Positions 1 to 8,204 of a stretch of 64,000 bases of DNA are shown one piece after another; position 1 is the first letter of the stretch, and every line of letters starts with the position of its first letter. The translations under genes and the position numbers were made by a program. Location of the stretch: assembly GCA_020853575.1 (NCBI GenBank), contig JADYYP010000002.1:11983-75982 (forward strand), in the 5' to 3' direction. The notes beneath the pieces are model-generated. The model made no database searches and was not told the DNA's origin. It saw only the letters and a program-made list of their open reading frames with translations. Source of the DNA: Planctomycetota bacterium. GTDB lineage: Bacteria; Planctomycetota; UBA1135; GCA-002686595.

Positions 1-1197
1 CTTCAGCCCGCGCTCGCGTTCACGCCAGCGAATGAGGTCGATCCCCAGCGACGAGAGCACGAATGCACCCAGCAGGCCGAAGGCGTACAGCTCGCCGAGA
101 GCTTCCAACTCACCGCCGGTGAAGAAGATCACGCCGATCGGCAGCACGGTCGCGACAACGATCGCGAGGTGTGGCGTGCCGAAGCGGCGGTTGCGCCAGT
201 TGACGACGTCCGGCATGAAATGCTCGTCCGCCAGCGCCAAGAACACGTGGTAGCTGCCGATGATCGCGGTGTTGGCAGCGAACAGGAGCAAGCTCGACGC
301 GGTCGCGACCGTCGCGTACTTGAGCGTGTCGATGCCCCACAGCCCCGCGAGCTCCGAAATGAAGCGCTCCTGTTCGGTCGAATCCGCCTTGATGGCCTCG
401 GGAAGGAGCGCGATCGACAGCAGTGTCAGGATCGGCGAGGTGGTGAGCACCGTGACCACGACCAGCCACATGCCCTTGCCTGCCGTGTTGCGGATCGGCA
501 GCTTCATCGCCGGACTGAGCTGGCTGATGCTCTCCAGGCCCGAGAACGCCAGCCACGAACCCGCGAAGCCGATCAGCAGCTCGCGACCCGACAATTCGCG
601 ATGGTGCTCGAATACCGAGCTGAGTGTGTGCCACTCGTCGGGACCCATGCGCACCAATGCGACGCCGATGATGACCGCGTCCACGATCAGTGCGCCGATC
701 GCCATGAACAGCGAGATCAAGGCGCTCTCGCGAATCCCGACGATGTTGAGGACGGCCAGGATCACCAGCGCGAGCACGGCGATCAGCACCTTGTGCTGGT
801 CGACGTAGGGCATGACGCTCCCGAGGTAGGCGATCCCCGAGACCGACGAGATCGCACTGGTCAGGAAGTAGTCGACGCAGATCAGGAGCCCACCGATCAA
901 GCCCCAGCGCGGATTGAAGGCGGCCTTCGCGACACTGACGACGCCGCCACCCTCGGGGTTGCGCCAGCAGATCTCGATGTACTTCCAAGCGAGCAGCACG
1001 AATCCGAACAGCGCCGCGAACACGAACAGCGGCGCGGCATCGCCGATTTGCCCGTAGAGGATCCCTGGCACGTAGTAGATCGACGTGCCGATGTCGCAGA
1101 AGACCACCGCCCACACGAGCAACGGCGAGAGCTGCCGAAGCGAGACTTCGGGCGCGCGCGCGAGGACCTGGGTGGAAGCGTTGTTGGGTTGGCTCAT
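1..1197 (-). CDS. APC-superfamily amino-acid/polyamine permease; the 3' end runs off the left edge
   Basis: Absent from the ORF track because no stop lies inside the window. Reading the reverse strand from CAT at 1195-1197 gives an open frame to base 1 (399 codons). My translation is MSQPNNASTQVLARAPEVSLRQLSPLLVWAVVFCDIGTSIYYVPGILYGQIGDAAPLFVFAALFGFVLL..., a continuous series of hydrophobic helices with high GC3. The family call rests on that topology and the N-terminal IGTSIYYVPG helix. Confidence 0.7.
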   Translation of the reverse strand, partial: MSQPNNASTQVLARAPEVSLRQLSPLLVWAVVFCDIGTSIYYVPGILYGQIGDAAPLFVFAALFGFVLLAWKYIEICWRNPEGGGVVSVAKAAFNPRWGLIGGLLICVDYFLTSAISSVSGIAYLGSVMPYVDQHKVLIAVLALVILAVLNIVGIRESALISLFMAIGALIVDAVIIGVALVRMGPDEWHTLSSVFEHHRELSGRELLIGFAGSWLAFSGLESISQLSPAMKLPIRNTAGKGMWLVVVTVLTTSPILTLLSIALLPEAIKADSTEQERFISELAGLWGIDTLKYATVATASSLLLFAANTAIIGSYHVFLALADEHFMPDVVNWRNRRFGTPHLAIVVATVLPIGVIFFTGGELEALGELYAFGLLGAFVLSSLGIDLIRWRERERGLK

Positions 1198-1203
1198 GCC
1201 GAG

Positions 1204-1237
1204 GCCGGCCGCGCGTGTGGGGGGATGCGCGGCCGGC
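1204..1237 (-). terminator. GC-rich hairpin downstream of the antiporter-like gene
   Basis: An 11-bp perfect stem, GCCGGCCGCGC (1204-1214) pairing with GCGCGGCCGGC (1227-1237), encloses a 12-nt loop. It lies 13 nt past the stop at 1250. There is no U-tract, so its function as an intrinsic terminator is uncertain. Confidence 0.35.
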
Positions 1238-1249
1238 GCTGCTCGCGCG

Positions 1250-2695
1250 CTACAGGAAGAACAGGAAGGTCACCAGGCCGAACAGCGGCAGCAAGATGCA
1301 GCAGCTGTACACCATGTATCCGAAGAAGCCCGGCATCTTGACGCCGTTCTCCTCGGCGATGGCCTTGACCATGAAGTTCGGTCCGTTGCCGATGTAGGTG
1401 TTCGCGCCCATCATCACCGCGCCGCAGGAAATCGCCTGCATCAGCGCCACGGCCGCCGGACCCTTCTGCAACAGGTCGCCCAGGTAGTGCGCGCCGTCGA
1501 CCGCGACGCCGTTCATACCGGCCGCGGTGGCCGCGAAGGTCAAGTACGTCGGAGCGTTGTCGAGGAAGCTCGAGAGCGCGCCGGAGCCCCAGAAGAACTG
1601 CCAGGGCTCGGTCATCCCGAACTTCATCCCCGCCACGTCGCGCGCGCCTTGGCCCCACGAGTTGAGGATCAAGAGCGCCGGCGCCATGCAGATGAAGATG
1701 CCCGCGAACAGCACCGCGACCTCGACGATCGGCGTCCAGCTGAAGCGATTGGCCTCGCGGTTGGCCTTGTTGGTCGAGAACCAGGCGAGCACGCCGAAGA
1801 GCACCATCAGTCCCTCTTGGATGCCGATCGGCCAGGGCTTGCCGCCGTTGAACAGGCCGCTGCCCGAGCCGTAGATCGCGAACACGACACCCAACAGGAA
1901 CAGGAAGTTGAGCCCGCCCTCGATGGCGAACGGCTCGTGCTTTTGGACCTCTTCGAGTTGCGAACCCGGCCGCGCCTTCTCTTCCGCGTTCAGCACGCGC
2001 TGGTCCCACACGTTGAACAGCACCAGCAACGCGCCATTGATCAGCAGCCACTCCCGCCACAATTGCAGGGTCCACTCGAACGGCACGCCCTTGAGGAAGC
2101 CCAGGAACAGCGGCGGGTCTCCCAGCGGTGTCAGCAGGCCGCCGCAGTTGGAGACGATGAAGATGAAGAACACCACGATGTGCACCTTGCGCGTGCGCGG
2201 CGCGTTGGCGCGCAGCAGCGGGCGGATCAGCAGCACCGAGGCTCCGGTGGTGCCGATCGCGCTGGCCAGCACGCCACCGATGGCCATGATCGCGGTGTTG
2301 ACCAGCGGCGTGCCGGAGAGCGAGCCGCGGATGTAGATGCCGCCGGTGATCACGAACAGGGATCCGAGCAGGACGATGAACGAAGCGTACTCGTGCCCCT
2401 TTTCGAGCAGCACGTGGCCCCCCGCGGCCCCGTGCGACATCAGCATGTAGGCGGCCACCGGCACGGCGAAGATCGCGGCGACGATGCCCTTGTTCTTGTT
2501 GTGCTCCCACCAGTGTCCCGCGACGAGCGGCAGGACCGCGATGCAGAGCAGGATCCCGATGAACGGGATCAGGGTCCAAAGCGGCATGTGCGTGCCGAGG
2601 TCGTGCTCACCACCCTCGGCCAAGGCCGGGGCGGCGAGGAGCGTCATCGCCGCGGGCGACCAGAGCATCGCGCGGCCGAACGAGCCACTCGTCAT
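1250..2695 (-). CDS. Na+/H+ antiporter-like permease of the ArsB/NhaD/CitMHS ion-transporter superfamily
   Basis: ORF 1250..3025 trimmed to the ATG (CAT 2693-2695), which is preceded by AGGAGA 6 nt upstream. The product starts MTSGSFGRAMLWSPAAMTLLAAPALAEG... and continues through about 12 hydrophobic helices (HWWEHNKNKGIVAAIFAVPVA, SNCGGLLTPLGDPPLFLGFLKGVPFEW). The discarded 110 upstream codons are Arg-rich and do not look like protein. Confidence 0.8.
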   Translation of the reverse strand: MTSGSFGRAMLWSPAAMTLLAAPALAEGGEHDLGTHMPLWTLIPFIGILLCIAVLPLVAGHWWEHNKNKGIVAAIFAVPVAAYMLMSHGAAGGHVLLEKGHEYASFIVLLGSLFVITGGIYIRGSLSGTPLVNTAIMAIGGVLASAIGTTGASVLLIRPLLRANAPRTRKVHIVVFFIFIVSNCGGLLTPLGDPPLFLGFLKGVPFEWTLQLWREWLLINGALLVLFNVWDQRVLNAEEKARPGSQLEEVQKHEPFAIEGGLNFLFLLGVVFAIYGSGSGLFNGGKPWPIGIQEGLMVLFGVLAWFSTNKANREANRFSWTPIVEVAVLFAGIFICMAPALLILNSWGQGARDVAGMKFGMTEPWQFFWGSGALSSFLDNAPTYLTFAATAAGMNGVAVDGAHYLGDLLQKGPAAVALMQAISCGAVMMGANTYIGNGPNFMVKAIAEENGVKMPGFFGYMVYSCCILLPLFGLVTFLFFL

Positions 2696-2933
2696 CGAGT
2701 TTCTCCTGTGGGGTGGGACGAGAAACGGTCGGGGTCCGTGGGGGAGCGGCGGCCCGAACCGTGGGTAGTTCTGGCGAGTCTGGCCGCGCGCGCGGGCGCG
2801 ATCAAGAAAACCCGGGTGAAGCGCGAGCCGCGGCCGCAACCCAACGCTGAGCGATCGGCCAGACGCGCGGCGTCCACGCTTCGATCTCGCCGGGATGCCT
2901 GTCGCTAGGTGCCGGCGTTGGCGCGCCGGACGC

Positions 2934-3602
2934 TCAGGGCCAGCTCTCGGGCAGCGGCGGGCGCACCAGCGTTTGCCACAGCGCCTCGTAGAAGTTCGTC
3001 GCGCCGCGCACGTCCGGTGCGGCACCGAGGAAAAACGGCGGCGACCCGCCGCGGGTGGCCGGGAACCCGAAGAACGGACGCATCCAAAAGGCGGCCTGGC
3101 CCCCGACGGCCAAGGTCAGCGCCAACCAGCAGGCGACCACGGCGCTCGAGCGCCGTGCACCGACGCCGTGCTCACGCAAGAGCGCCCGAGCCTGCAGCCC
3201 CAGCGCCAGCCCCCCGCAGCCCGCCACCGAGACCATGTTGAGCAGCAGGAACGAGTCGTACTCGCCAAGCTGACCGTCGTCATGTGCGCGGGCCACGCGC
3301 GCGAGGAATAGGACGATGGGCGCCAAGCTCGCCAGCAGGAAGGCCGCGTCGCGGTACCAACGCAGCCCCGAGCGCTGCACGTCGGCGAAGCTCAAAGGCA
3401 GGGCAAAGGACCTTCCAACCACCCACCAACTGAGGGCACACGTCGCCGACGTGACCGCGATCAGCAGCGGGAACTTGAGCAGGTTGCGCAGCGCGTACAG
3501 CTCACTGTGCGCCGAGCCCAGCGCGAAGCCATAGGCGGCCGAGGCGGCGGCCGTCGTCAGCCCCGCGCGCGTCCAGTCCCGCGCCGCCGCAGCGAGTGCC
3601 AT
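2934..3602 (-). CDS. hypothetical multi-pass membrane protein, paralogous to the gene immediately upstream
   Basis: ORF 2934..3683 trimmed to MALAAAARDW (CAT 3600-3602). It has several hydrophobic helices (LLKFPLLIAVTSATCALSWWVVG, AAFLLASLAPIVLFLARV, VVACWLALTLAVGGQAAFW). I recognise no family. Confidence 0.6.
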   Translation of the reverse strand: MALAAAARDWTRAGLTTAAASAAYGFALGSAHSELYALRNLLKFPLLIAVTSATCALSWWVVGRSFALPLSFADVQRSGLRWYRDAAFLLASLAPIVLFLARVARAHDDGQLGEYDSFLLLNMVSVAGCGGLALGLQARALLREHGVGARRSSAVVACWLALTLAVGGQAAFWMRPFFGFPATRGGSPPFFLGAAPDVRGATNFYEALWQTLVRPPLPESWP

Positions 3603-3609
3603 CGCGCGC

Positions 3610-4266
3610 CTAGAGTTCCAGCAGTCTCCCCATGCGCAACAGCACGTGACCAAAGGCCACGAGCCACACCACGAGCACCCCATACAGCCGTCGGCGGGCG
3701 TTCAAGCTCTCGGCGGCGACCAGGCAGCGGATCATCTGCAGTACACCGGCCAGCAGCGCCAGCGAGAGCAGGGCGGTCGAGGTTTGGCGCCAGTCGACCA
3801 AGTCCGAGTTGGGGTCCATGGTGGCCCGCAGGAACCCCAGGATCGGCGCGAAGCCAAAGGTGAACAGGGCCGCGACCGAGGGAATGGTCAGGGCCAGCAC
3901 TGCGACTTGCGTGGGCCGAAGAGCAACGCCGAGGTAGCTCGTGAACACATGCAGCGAGGGCAGGCAGATCAACGTCGAGCCCACGTACAGAGCGATGATG
4001 CGCCACCAAGCGTCGAGGCCGTGCACCAAGCCATAGGGGACGGCGAACACGCTGCCCGCGAACAACATCACCGACGCCAGCCCGAACAGCCCGGAGCCCG
4101 ACTCGACGTTGGCGCCCAGGCGCTCCGGCGCCGACAGCACCAGCCCGAGGAGTTGCGCTGGGCTGAGCCAGGCCGCGCGGACCTCCGCGGCGGCAAAAGG
4201 GGTCGGCTGGGGTCGCGGGCGCCGGGCGGAGTTCAGCGAGAGGTTCGGTTCGGTGCCGGGTTCCAT
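3610..4266 (-). CDS. hypothetical multi-pass membrane protein
   Basis: 218-aa ORF with helices GLFGLASVMLFAGSVFAVPYGLV, IIALYVGSTLICLPSLHVF, VAVLALTIPSVAALFTFGFAPILGFL and LYGVLVVWLVAFGHVLL. Its stop lies 7 nt before the start of the next gene. I recognise no family. Confidence 0.6.
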   Translation of the reverse strand: MEPGTEPNLSLNSARRPRPQPTPFAAAEVRAAWLSPAQLLGLVLSAPERLGANVESGSGLFGLASVMLFAGSVFAVPYGLVHGLDAWWRIIALYVGSTLICLPSLHVFTSYLGVALRPTQVAVLALTIPSVAALFTFGFAPILGFLRATMDPNSDLVDWRQTSTALLSLALLAGVLQMIRCLVAAESLNARRRLYGVLVVWLVAFGHVLLRMGRLLEL

Positions 4267-4572
4267 GGGGTCGTCCTAGGGCGCTTTCACGAGTGCTGTA
4301 CCGCGTTGCGGAGCCGGCGCGCCGGTCGGCGCCGCGTGGATGCATCAGGAGACATCCCGCACGGCGCCGCCGGCGACCGAGGTCGAGCGCTCCATCCCCC
4401 CCAGGCAGTCCTTGTCTTGGTCGCACGAGCGCTCGGACCTGTGGACTCGATCCCAACCTCCAGGCAGGCGAGCGCGAAGGCCGCGCGCAGCGCTTGGAGC
4501 CAGGCGCCGTGGCGCGGTTGCCAGCAGCGCGTTTGGGGACGCCGGAGGCCTGGCGGCGCGCACCCTGCCCGC

Positions 4573-5151
4573 TCAGCGCTGCGCGGGCGCCTCGACCAGC
4601 GAACCCCAGTCTCCATGGCTGACGTGCTCGGCGATGCGCGCGATGTTGCGAGCGTCGTCGAGCGCGCGGTGGTGCGTGCCTTCGAGCTCGAGCCCGGCCT
4701 TGGCGAGCGCCTGGGCCATGCCCGCGGGCCGCAGTCGCAAGGCCGCGGAACAATGCTGCTTGAGGTTCAAATGGTCCGCGGCGAACGGGTACGCCACGCC
4801 GTGGAAAGCGCAGTCGCGCTGGAACTGCATGCGATCGTAGCTGCCCCAGGAAGCGAAGCGCACGGCGCCGGGCTCGCCGATCCAGGCCGTGAAACGCGCG
4901 AAGGCCGCGGGGAACGGGTCGGCCGCGTCGACCTCGCCTTGGACGATGGTGGTGAGCTTCGAGCAGAACTCGGACAACTGCGGCGTGCGCACCGGGCGCA
5001 CGAAGGTCTGGAACTCGCGCCAAGCGCGCGGTGCGTCGGGATCGATGCACAGGGCCCCGATCTCGATCGTCTCCATCAACTCGGCGTCGTGGACGGCCCG
5101 CTCCCAGCAGGTGGCCTCGAGGTCGACGATCAAGAGCTTGCGCGCGCCCAT
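4573..5151 (-). CDS. DEDDh-type 3'-5' exonuclease (ERI-1/KapD-like)
   Basis: ORF 4573..5256 trimmed to MGARKLLIVDLEATCWE (CAT 5149-5151). It carries the Exo I motif DLEAT, then FASWGSYD, then a C-terminal HHRALDDARN (H-x4-D) motif. Confidence 0.75.
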   Translation of the reverse strand: MGARKLLIVDLEATCWERAVHDAELMETIEIGALCIDPDAPRAWREFQTFVRPVRTPQLSEFCSKLTTIVQGEVDAADPFPAAFARFTAWIGEPGAVRFASWGSYDRMQFQRDCAFHGVAYPFAADHLNLKQHCSAALRLRPAGMAQALAKAGLELEGTHHRALDDARNIARIAEHVSHGDWGSLVEAPAQR

Positions 5152-5285
5152 CGCACGCTCCAACGTAGCGTGCCGATGCAACCTCGAGCCAAGGTTCCCG
5201 CGCGCCGGCGCTCCGATCTCGGCGCCGCGATCGAAACGGGTCACGCTCGCGCCCACGGGGTGCCACTCGCGCGGAGCAGCGCAGC

Positions 5286-6467
5286 GTGAAGTTGCCGCGA
5301 GTGGTCCGCTGGTTCCTGTGGCTGGTCGCGCTTCCCGCGCTGGCCGTGCTCGGTCTGCGCACGTTCGTCGGCAACGTCTATTACGTCGACAGCCATTCGA
5401 TGGAGCCCTTGCTGCACGGAGCAGCCGAAGGCGGCGACTACGTGCTCGTATTGTTCGATTCCGCGCCGCAGGTCGAGCGTTTCGACGTGGTCGTGCTGCG
5501 CCGTCCCCACGAGCGCGATCCGCTGGTCAAGCGCGTGGGCGGCCTTCCCGGCGAGCAAGTGCAGATCTCGGGAGGGGACCTGTTCATCAACGGCCGCCGG
5601 CTGCCGCCGGACGCGCCGCGGCCGCCCTGGATCCCGATCTACGACAGCGCACGACACGCCTTCGCGGAGCACTTCCATTTCGACCGCAACCGCTGGCGGG
5701 CCACGCCGGACGGCGGCTACCGCGTCGACGGCGGCGACGCCAAGGCCAGCTTCGCGAAGTTGCGCATGCGCGGGCTCGACGACTACGTCGCGCCTGACCA
5801 CGAACGTGTCGAGGGCAAGGTGTTCGTCAACGACCTGGCGCTCGAGATCGAGTTCAGACGCCTGGCCGCGGGCGCGCAGCTGCTGCTGAAGGTGACCGAG
5901 GAGAGCGACGTGTTCAGGGCCGAGCTGGCGATGAAGAACGCGCTCGACGGCACGCTGACGCTCTCGCGCGTCGTGCGCGGCATCGACGGCGACGCCGAGC
6001 CCGAGAAGCTGGCCGTCACCGATGTCACGCTCGACGACGGCGAGGCTTGGCATACGTTGCGCCTCGCCAATCGCGACAACGAGCTGCGCGTCGAGCTCGA
6101 CGTGCCGCGCGCGGTGATCACGCACCTGTACACGACCAACACGCCTTCGCTGCGCCAGACCGAGGGTGGCTTCGCGCACATCCTGCCGCGCGCGGAATGC
6201 GGCGGGACGAGCCTCGACGTCGAGATCCGGCGCGTGCGCGTGGAGCGCGACGTCATGTATCTCGATCTGGGACCCTGGGGCACGACGGAGCCCCTGACCT
6301 TGGGACCCGAGCAGCTCTTCCTGCTCGGCGACAACTCGCGCGAGAGCAACGACAGCCGTGAGTGGGGACCGGTGCCGCGCACGAGCCTGATGGGCCTGCC
6401 GCGCGCCGTGGTTTGGCCGCCCGAACGCCTCGGAGCGCAGCCCTTCCGCGCCCAGCCCGGCCCTTGA
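5286..6467 (+). CDS. lepB: signal peptidase I with a long insertion
   Basis: GTG start. An N-terminal membrane anchor (VVRWFLWLVALPALAVLGL) is followed by the catalytic Ser box VDSHSMEPLL, the Lys box LVKRVGGLPGE and box E LLGDNSRESNDSREWGPVP. About 200 residues are inserted between the boxes. Confidence 0.85.
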   Translation: MKLPRVVRWFLWLVALPALAVLGLRTFVGNVYYVDSHSMEPLLHGAAEGGDYVLVLFDSAPQVERFDVVVLRRPHERDPLVKRVGGLPGEQVQISGGDLFINGRRLPPDAPRPPWIPIYDSARHAFAEHFHFDRNRWRATPDGGYRVDGGDAKASFAKLRMRGLDDYVAPDHERVEGKVFVNDLALEIEFRRLAAGAQLLLKVTEESDVFRAELAMKNALDGTLTLSRVVRGIDGDAEPEKLAVTDVTLDDGEAWHTLRLANRDNELRVELDVPRAVITHLYTTNTPSLRQTEGGFAHILPRAECGGTSLDVEIRRVRVERDVMYLDLGPWGTTEPLTLGPEQLFLLGDNSRESNDSREWGPVPRTSLMGLPRAVVWPPERLGAQPFRAQPGP

Positions 6468-6554
6468 ACGAAATGCCGGCGTGCGCCCGGCCCGCGGAGC
6501 GCCGCGCGAAAAGTGCGGCGCGGGCTCGACACCTGGCCCGCGCGCCAGGGTTCA

Positions 6555-7172
6555 ATGGGCGCCTTGGACCAACCCGCATCGACGACCTACGGCGCCGACC
6601 CCGGCGTGCGCTGGATGGTGGCCTACCAGCAGGGCGACGAAGCCGCCTTCGACGCCATCGTCGAGGCCTACTCCGGCCAGCTCTTCGCGCTGTTCACGCG
6701 CTTCCTCGGCCAGGTGCCCGAGCGCGAGGACCTGGTCCAAGACGTGTTCTTGCGCGTGATCCGCGCCCGCGAGCGCTACCAGCCCCAAGCGCGCTTCTCG
6801 ACCTGGCTGTACCGCATCGCGTTCAACATCGCGGTCAACAAGACCCAGCGCTCGACGGAGCTGGGTTCGCTTGACGAACCGTTGCCCGGCGAGCTCGAGC
6901 CCAGGTTGCGCGACGTCGGCGACCCCAAGCACGAGGAGCCTTCCGCGGTGATGGAGCGCGGCGACGTGGTCGCGGCGGTGCGTTCGGCGATCGCGGCCTT
7001 GCCCGAGACCCAGCGCATGGCGCTGATCCTGGCCAAGTACAACGAGATGCCCTACGCCGAAATCGCCGTCGTGCTGCAGTCGAGCGAGAAGGCGATCAAG
7101 TCGATGGTCCACCGCGCCCGCGAGAATCTGCGCGTGCGCTTGGCGCCCTTCCTCCAACAGGAGCTCTCGTGA
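6555..7172 (+). CDS. ECF (sigma-70 family, group 4) RNA polymerase sigma factor
   Basis: ORF 6513..7172. Region 2 reads DLVQDVFLRVIRARERYQPQARFSTWLYRIAFNIAVN and region 4 reads LPETQRMALILAKYNEMPYAEIAVVLQSSEKAIKSMVHRAR. The start is set at ATG 6555; 6513 is also possible. Confidence 0.85.
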   Translation: MGALDQPASTTYGADPGVRWMVAYQQGDEAAFDAIVEAYSGQLFALFTRFLGQVPEREDLVQDVFLRVIRARERYQPQARFSTWLYRIAFNIAVNKTQRSTELGSLDEPLPGELEPRLRDVGDPKHEEPSAVMERGDVVAAVRSAIAALPETQRMALILAKYNEMPYAEIAVVLQSSEKAIKSMVHRARENLRVRLAPFLQQELS

Positions 7173-8200
7173 ACGCGTGCGATCGATTCCGCTCGCGCTT
7201 GGCGAGCTTGCTGTCCGGCCGCGCGAGCTCGGCCTCGACCGATCCGCAGGTTGGGTTCGATTCACGAGCCCCCTTCGATCAACTCGGCTGGCACGAGCAC
7301 CTGTTGTCGTGCGCTGAGTGCCGCGAGCTCCTGCAAGCCGAAGAGGCGCTCGACGTGCTGCTGTCCTCGATGCCCCAGCCGCACTTGCCGCCCGAGCTCG
7401 CGCGCCGCGTACTCGCCAAGCTCGAGCCCGCGCGGGCCGACCTCGAGCTCGACCGACTGCTCGACAGCTCGCTCGAAGCGCCGGTGCCCAGCGATCTCGC
7501 GCGCAGTGTTCTGCGCAAGCTGGCCGCCGCGCGCTCGGCGCAGGAGAGCGAGGAGCCGGCCCTCGATGCGCTCCTGGCGCGCCTGCCCGAGCCGGAAGTG
7601 CCCGCGTCGCTCGCCGCCCGAGTGCTCGCGGGCTTGGCGCACGAACGCGATCTCGCACGCCGAGCGCACACGCGCGCTTCGGTTGCACACGCACGTCCGC
7701 TGCCCGGTCGTGCTGTTGGATCTGGTGCCGTCGGAACTGGTGCTGTTGGATCTCAGGCGTCCGCGGCGCGGGCGGCGGTTTCGGTGCAGCGCGCGGCTCG
7801 GCCCGTGACACTGCAGCGCCGGCGCATCCTGATCGCCGCGACGATCTTGCTCGCCTTCGGCGCGGGGACCTGGATCTGGTCGCTCGTGCGCCAAGGCCCG
7901 CAGCGCGTGCCCTCGACGAGCGCTGACTCGCTCGTCGATTCGACGCCGATCCAGCCGCGCACTTCGGAGCCGCGCGCGCTCGAAGCCCCGTACCTCGACG
8001 GGACCAGGCCCTCGCTGGAGGAGCCGCCCGATGAGCTGCTCGCGTCGCTCGACCTGCTCGAGTCGTGGGACTTGCTGACCGACGATTCGATCGAGGCCGA
8101 GTTGGTGCTCGAAGGTTACGAGGCGCTGTTGCTCGGCGACGAGAACGGCGCTGCTCCCGCGGAATCGCCGAACGAGGGCGAGAAGCCGAGCAAGGGTTGA
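7169..8200 (+). CDS. putative anti-sigma factor (zf-HC2 type, single-pass membrane)
   Basis: The GTG start overlaps the sigma-factor stop (GTGA). The N-terminus carries a C-x..H-x3-C-x2-C pattern (MNACDRF...WHEHLLSCAECRELL). There is one TM helix, ILIAATILLAFGAGTWIWSLV, and an acidic C-terminal domain. Confidence 0.65.
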   Translation: MNACDRFRSRLASLLSGRASSASTDPQVGFDSRAPFDQLGWHEHLLSCAECRELLQAEEALDVLLSSMPQPHLPPELARRVLAKLEPARADLELDRLLDSSLEAPVPSDLARSVLRKLAAARSAQESEEPALDALLARLPEPEVPASLAARVLAGLAHERDLARRAHTRASVAHARPLPGRAVGSGAVGTGAVGSQASAARAAVSVQRAARPVTLQRRRILIAATILLAFGAGTWIWSLVRQGPQRVPSTSADSLVDSTPIQPRTSEPRALEAPYLDGTRPSLEEPPDELLASLDLLESWDLLTDDSIEAELVLEGYEALLLGDENGAAPAESPNEGEKPSKG

Positions 8201-8204
8201 TGCC

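Noticed and set aside
3600-3612. Possibility that the two membrane-protein genes are one gene broken by a stop, that is, a pseudogene.
   Set aside because: The two ORFs are in different frames, and each has its own start. The downstream ATG lies 7 nt after the upstream TAG. The two proteins are paralogous in layout rather than being two halves of one protein.
4345-4563. 72-aa reverse ORF ending ...SERSCDQDKDCLGGMERSTSVAGGAVRDVS, with a CxDxDxDC-like motif reminiscent of Ca-binding or Cys-rich repeats.
   Set aside because: It has no signal peptide and no RBS. GC3 is mixed in its first half, it carries a single motif copy, and it is short. It is most likely a chance ORF inside the 306-bp gap.
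7253-7263. GGGTTCGATTC, a tRNA T-loop-like string.
   Set aside because: It lies inside the anti-sigma coding frame. No matching acceptor or anticodon stems flank it. I found no tRNA anywhere in the window.
7711-7753. 30-bp-period direct repeat (TGCTGTTGGATCT twice).
   Set aside because: It is in frame inside the anti-sigma gene and encodes a Gly/Ala/Val low-complexity linker. Only 1.4 copies are present. It is not a CRISPR array or a regulatory repeat.
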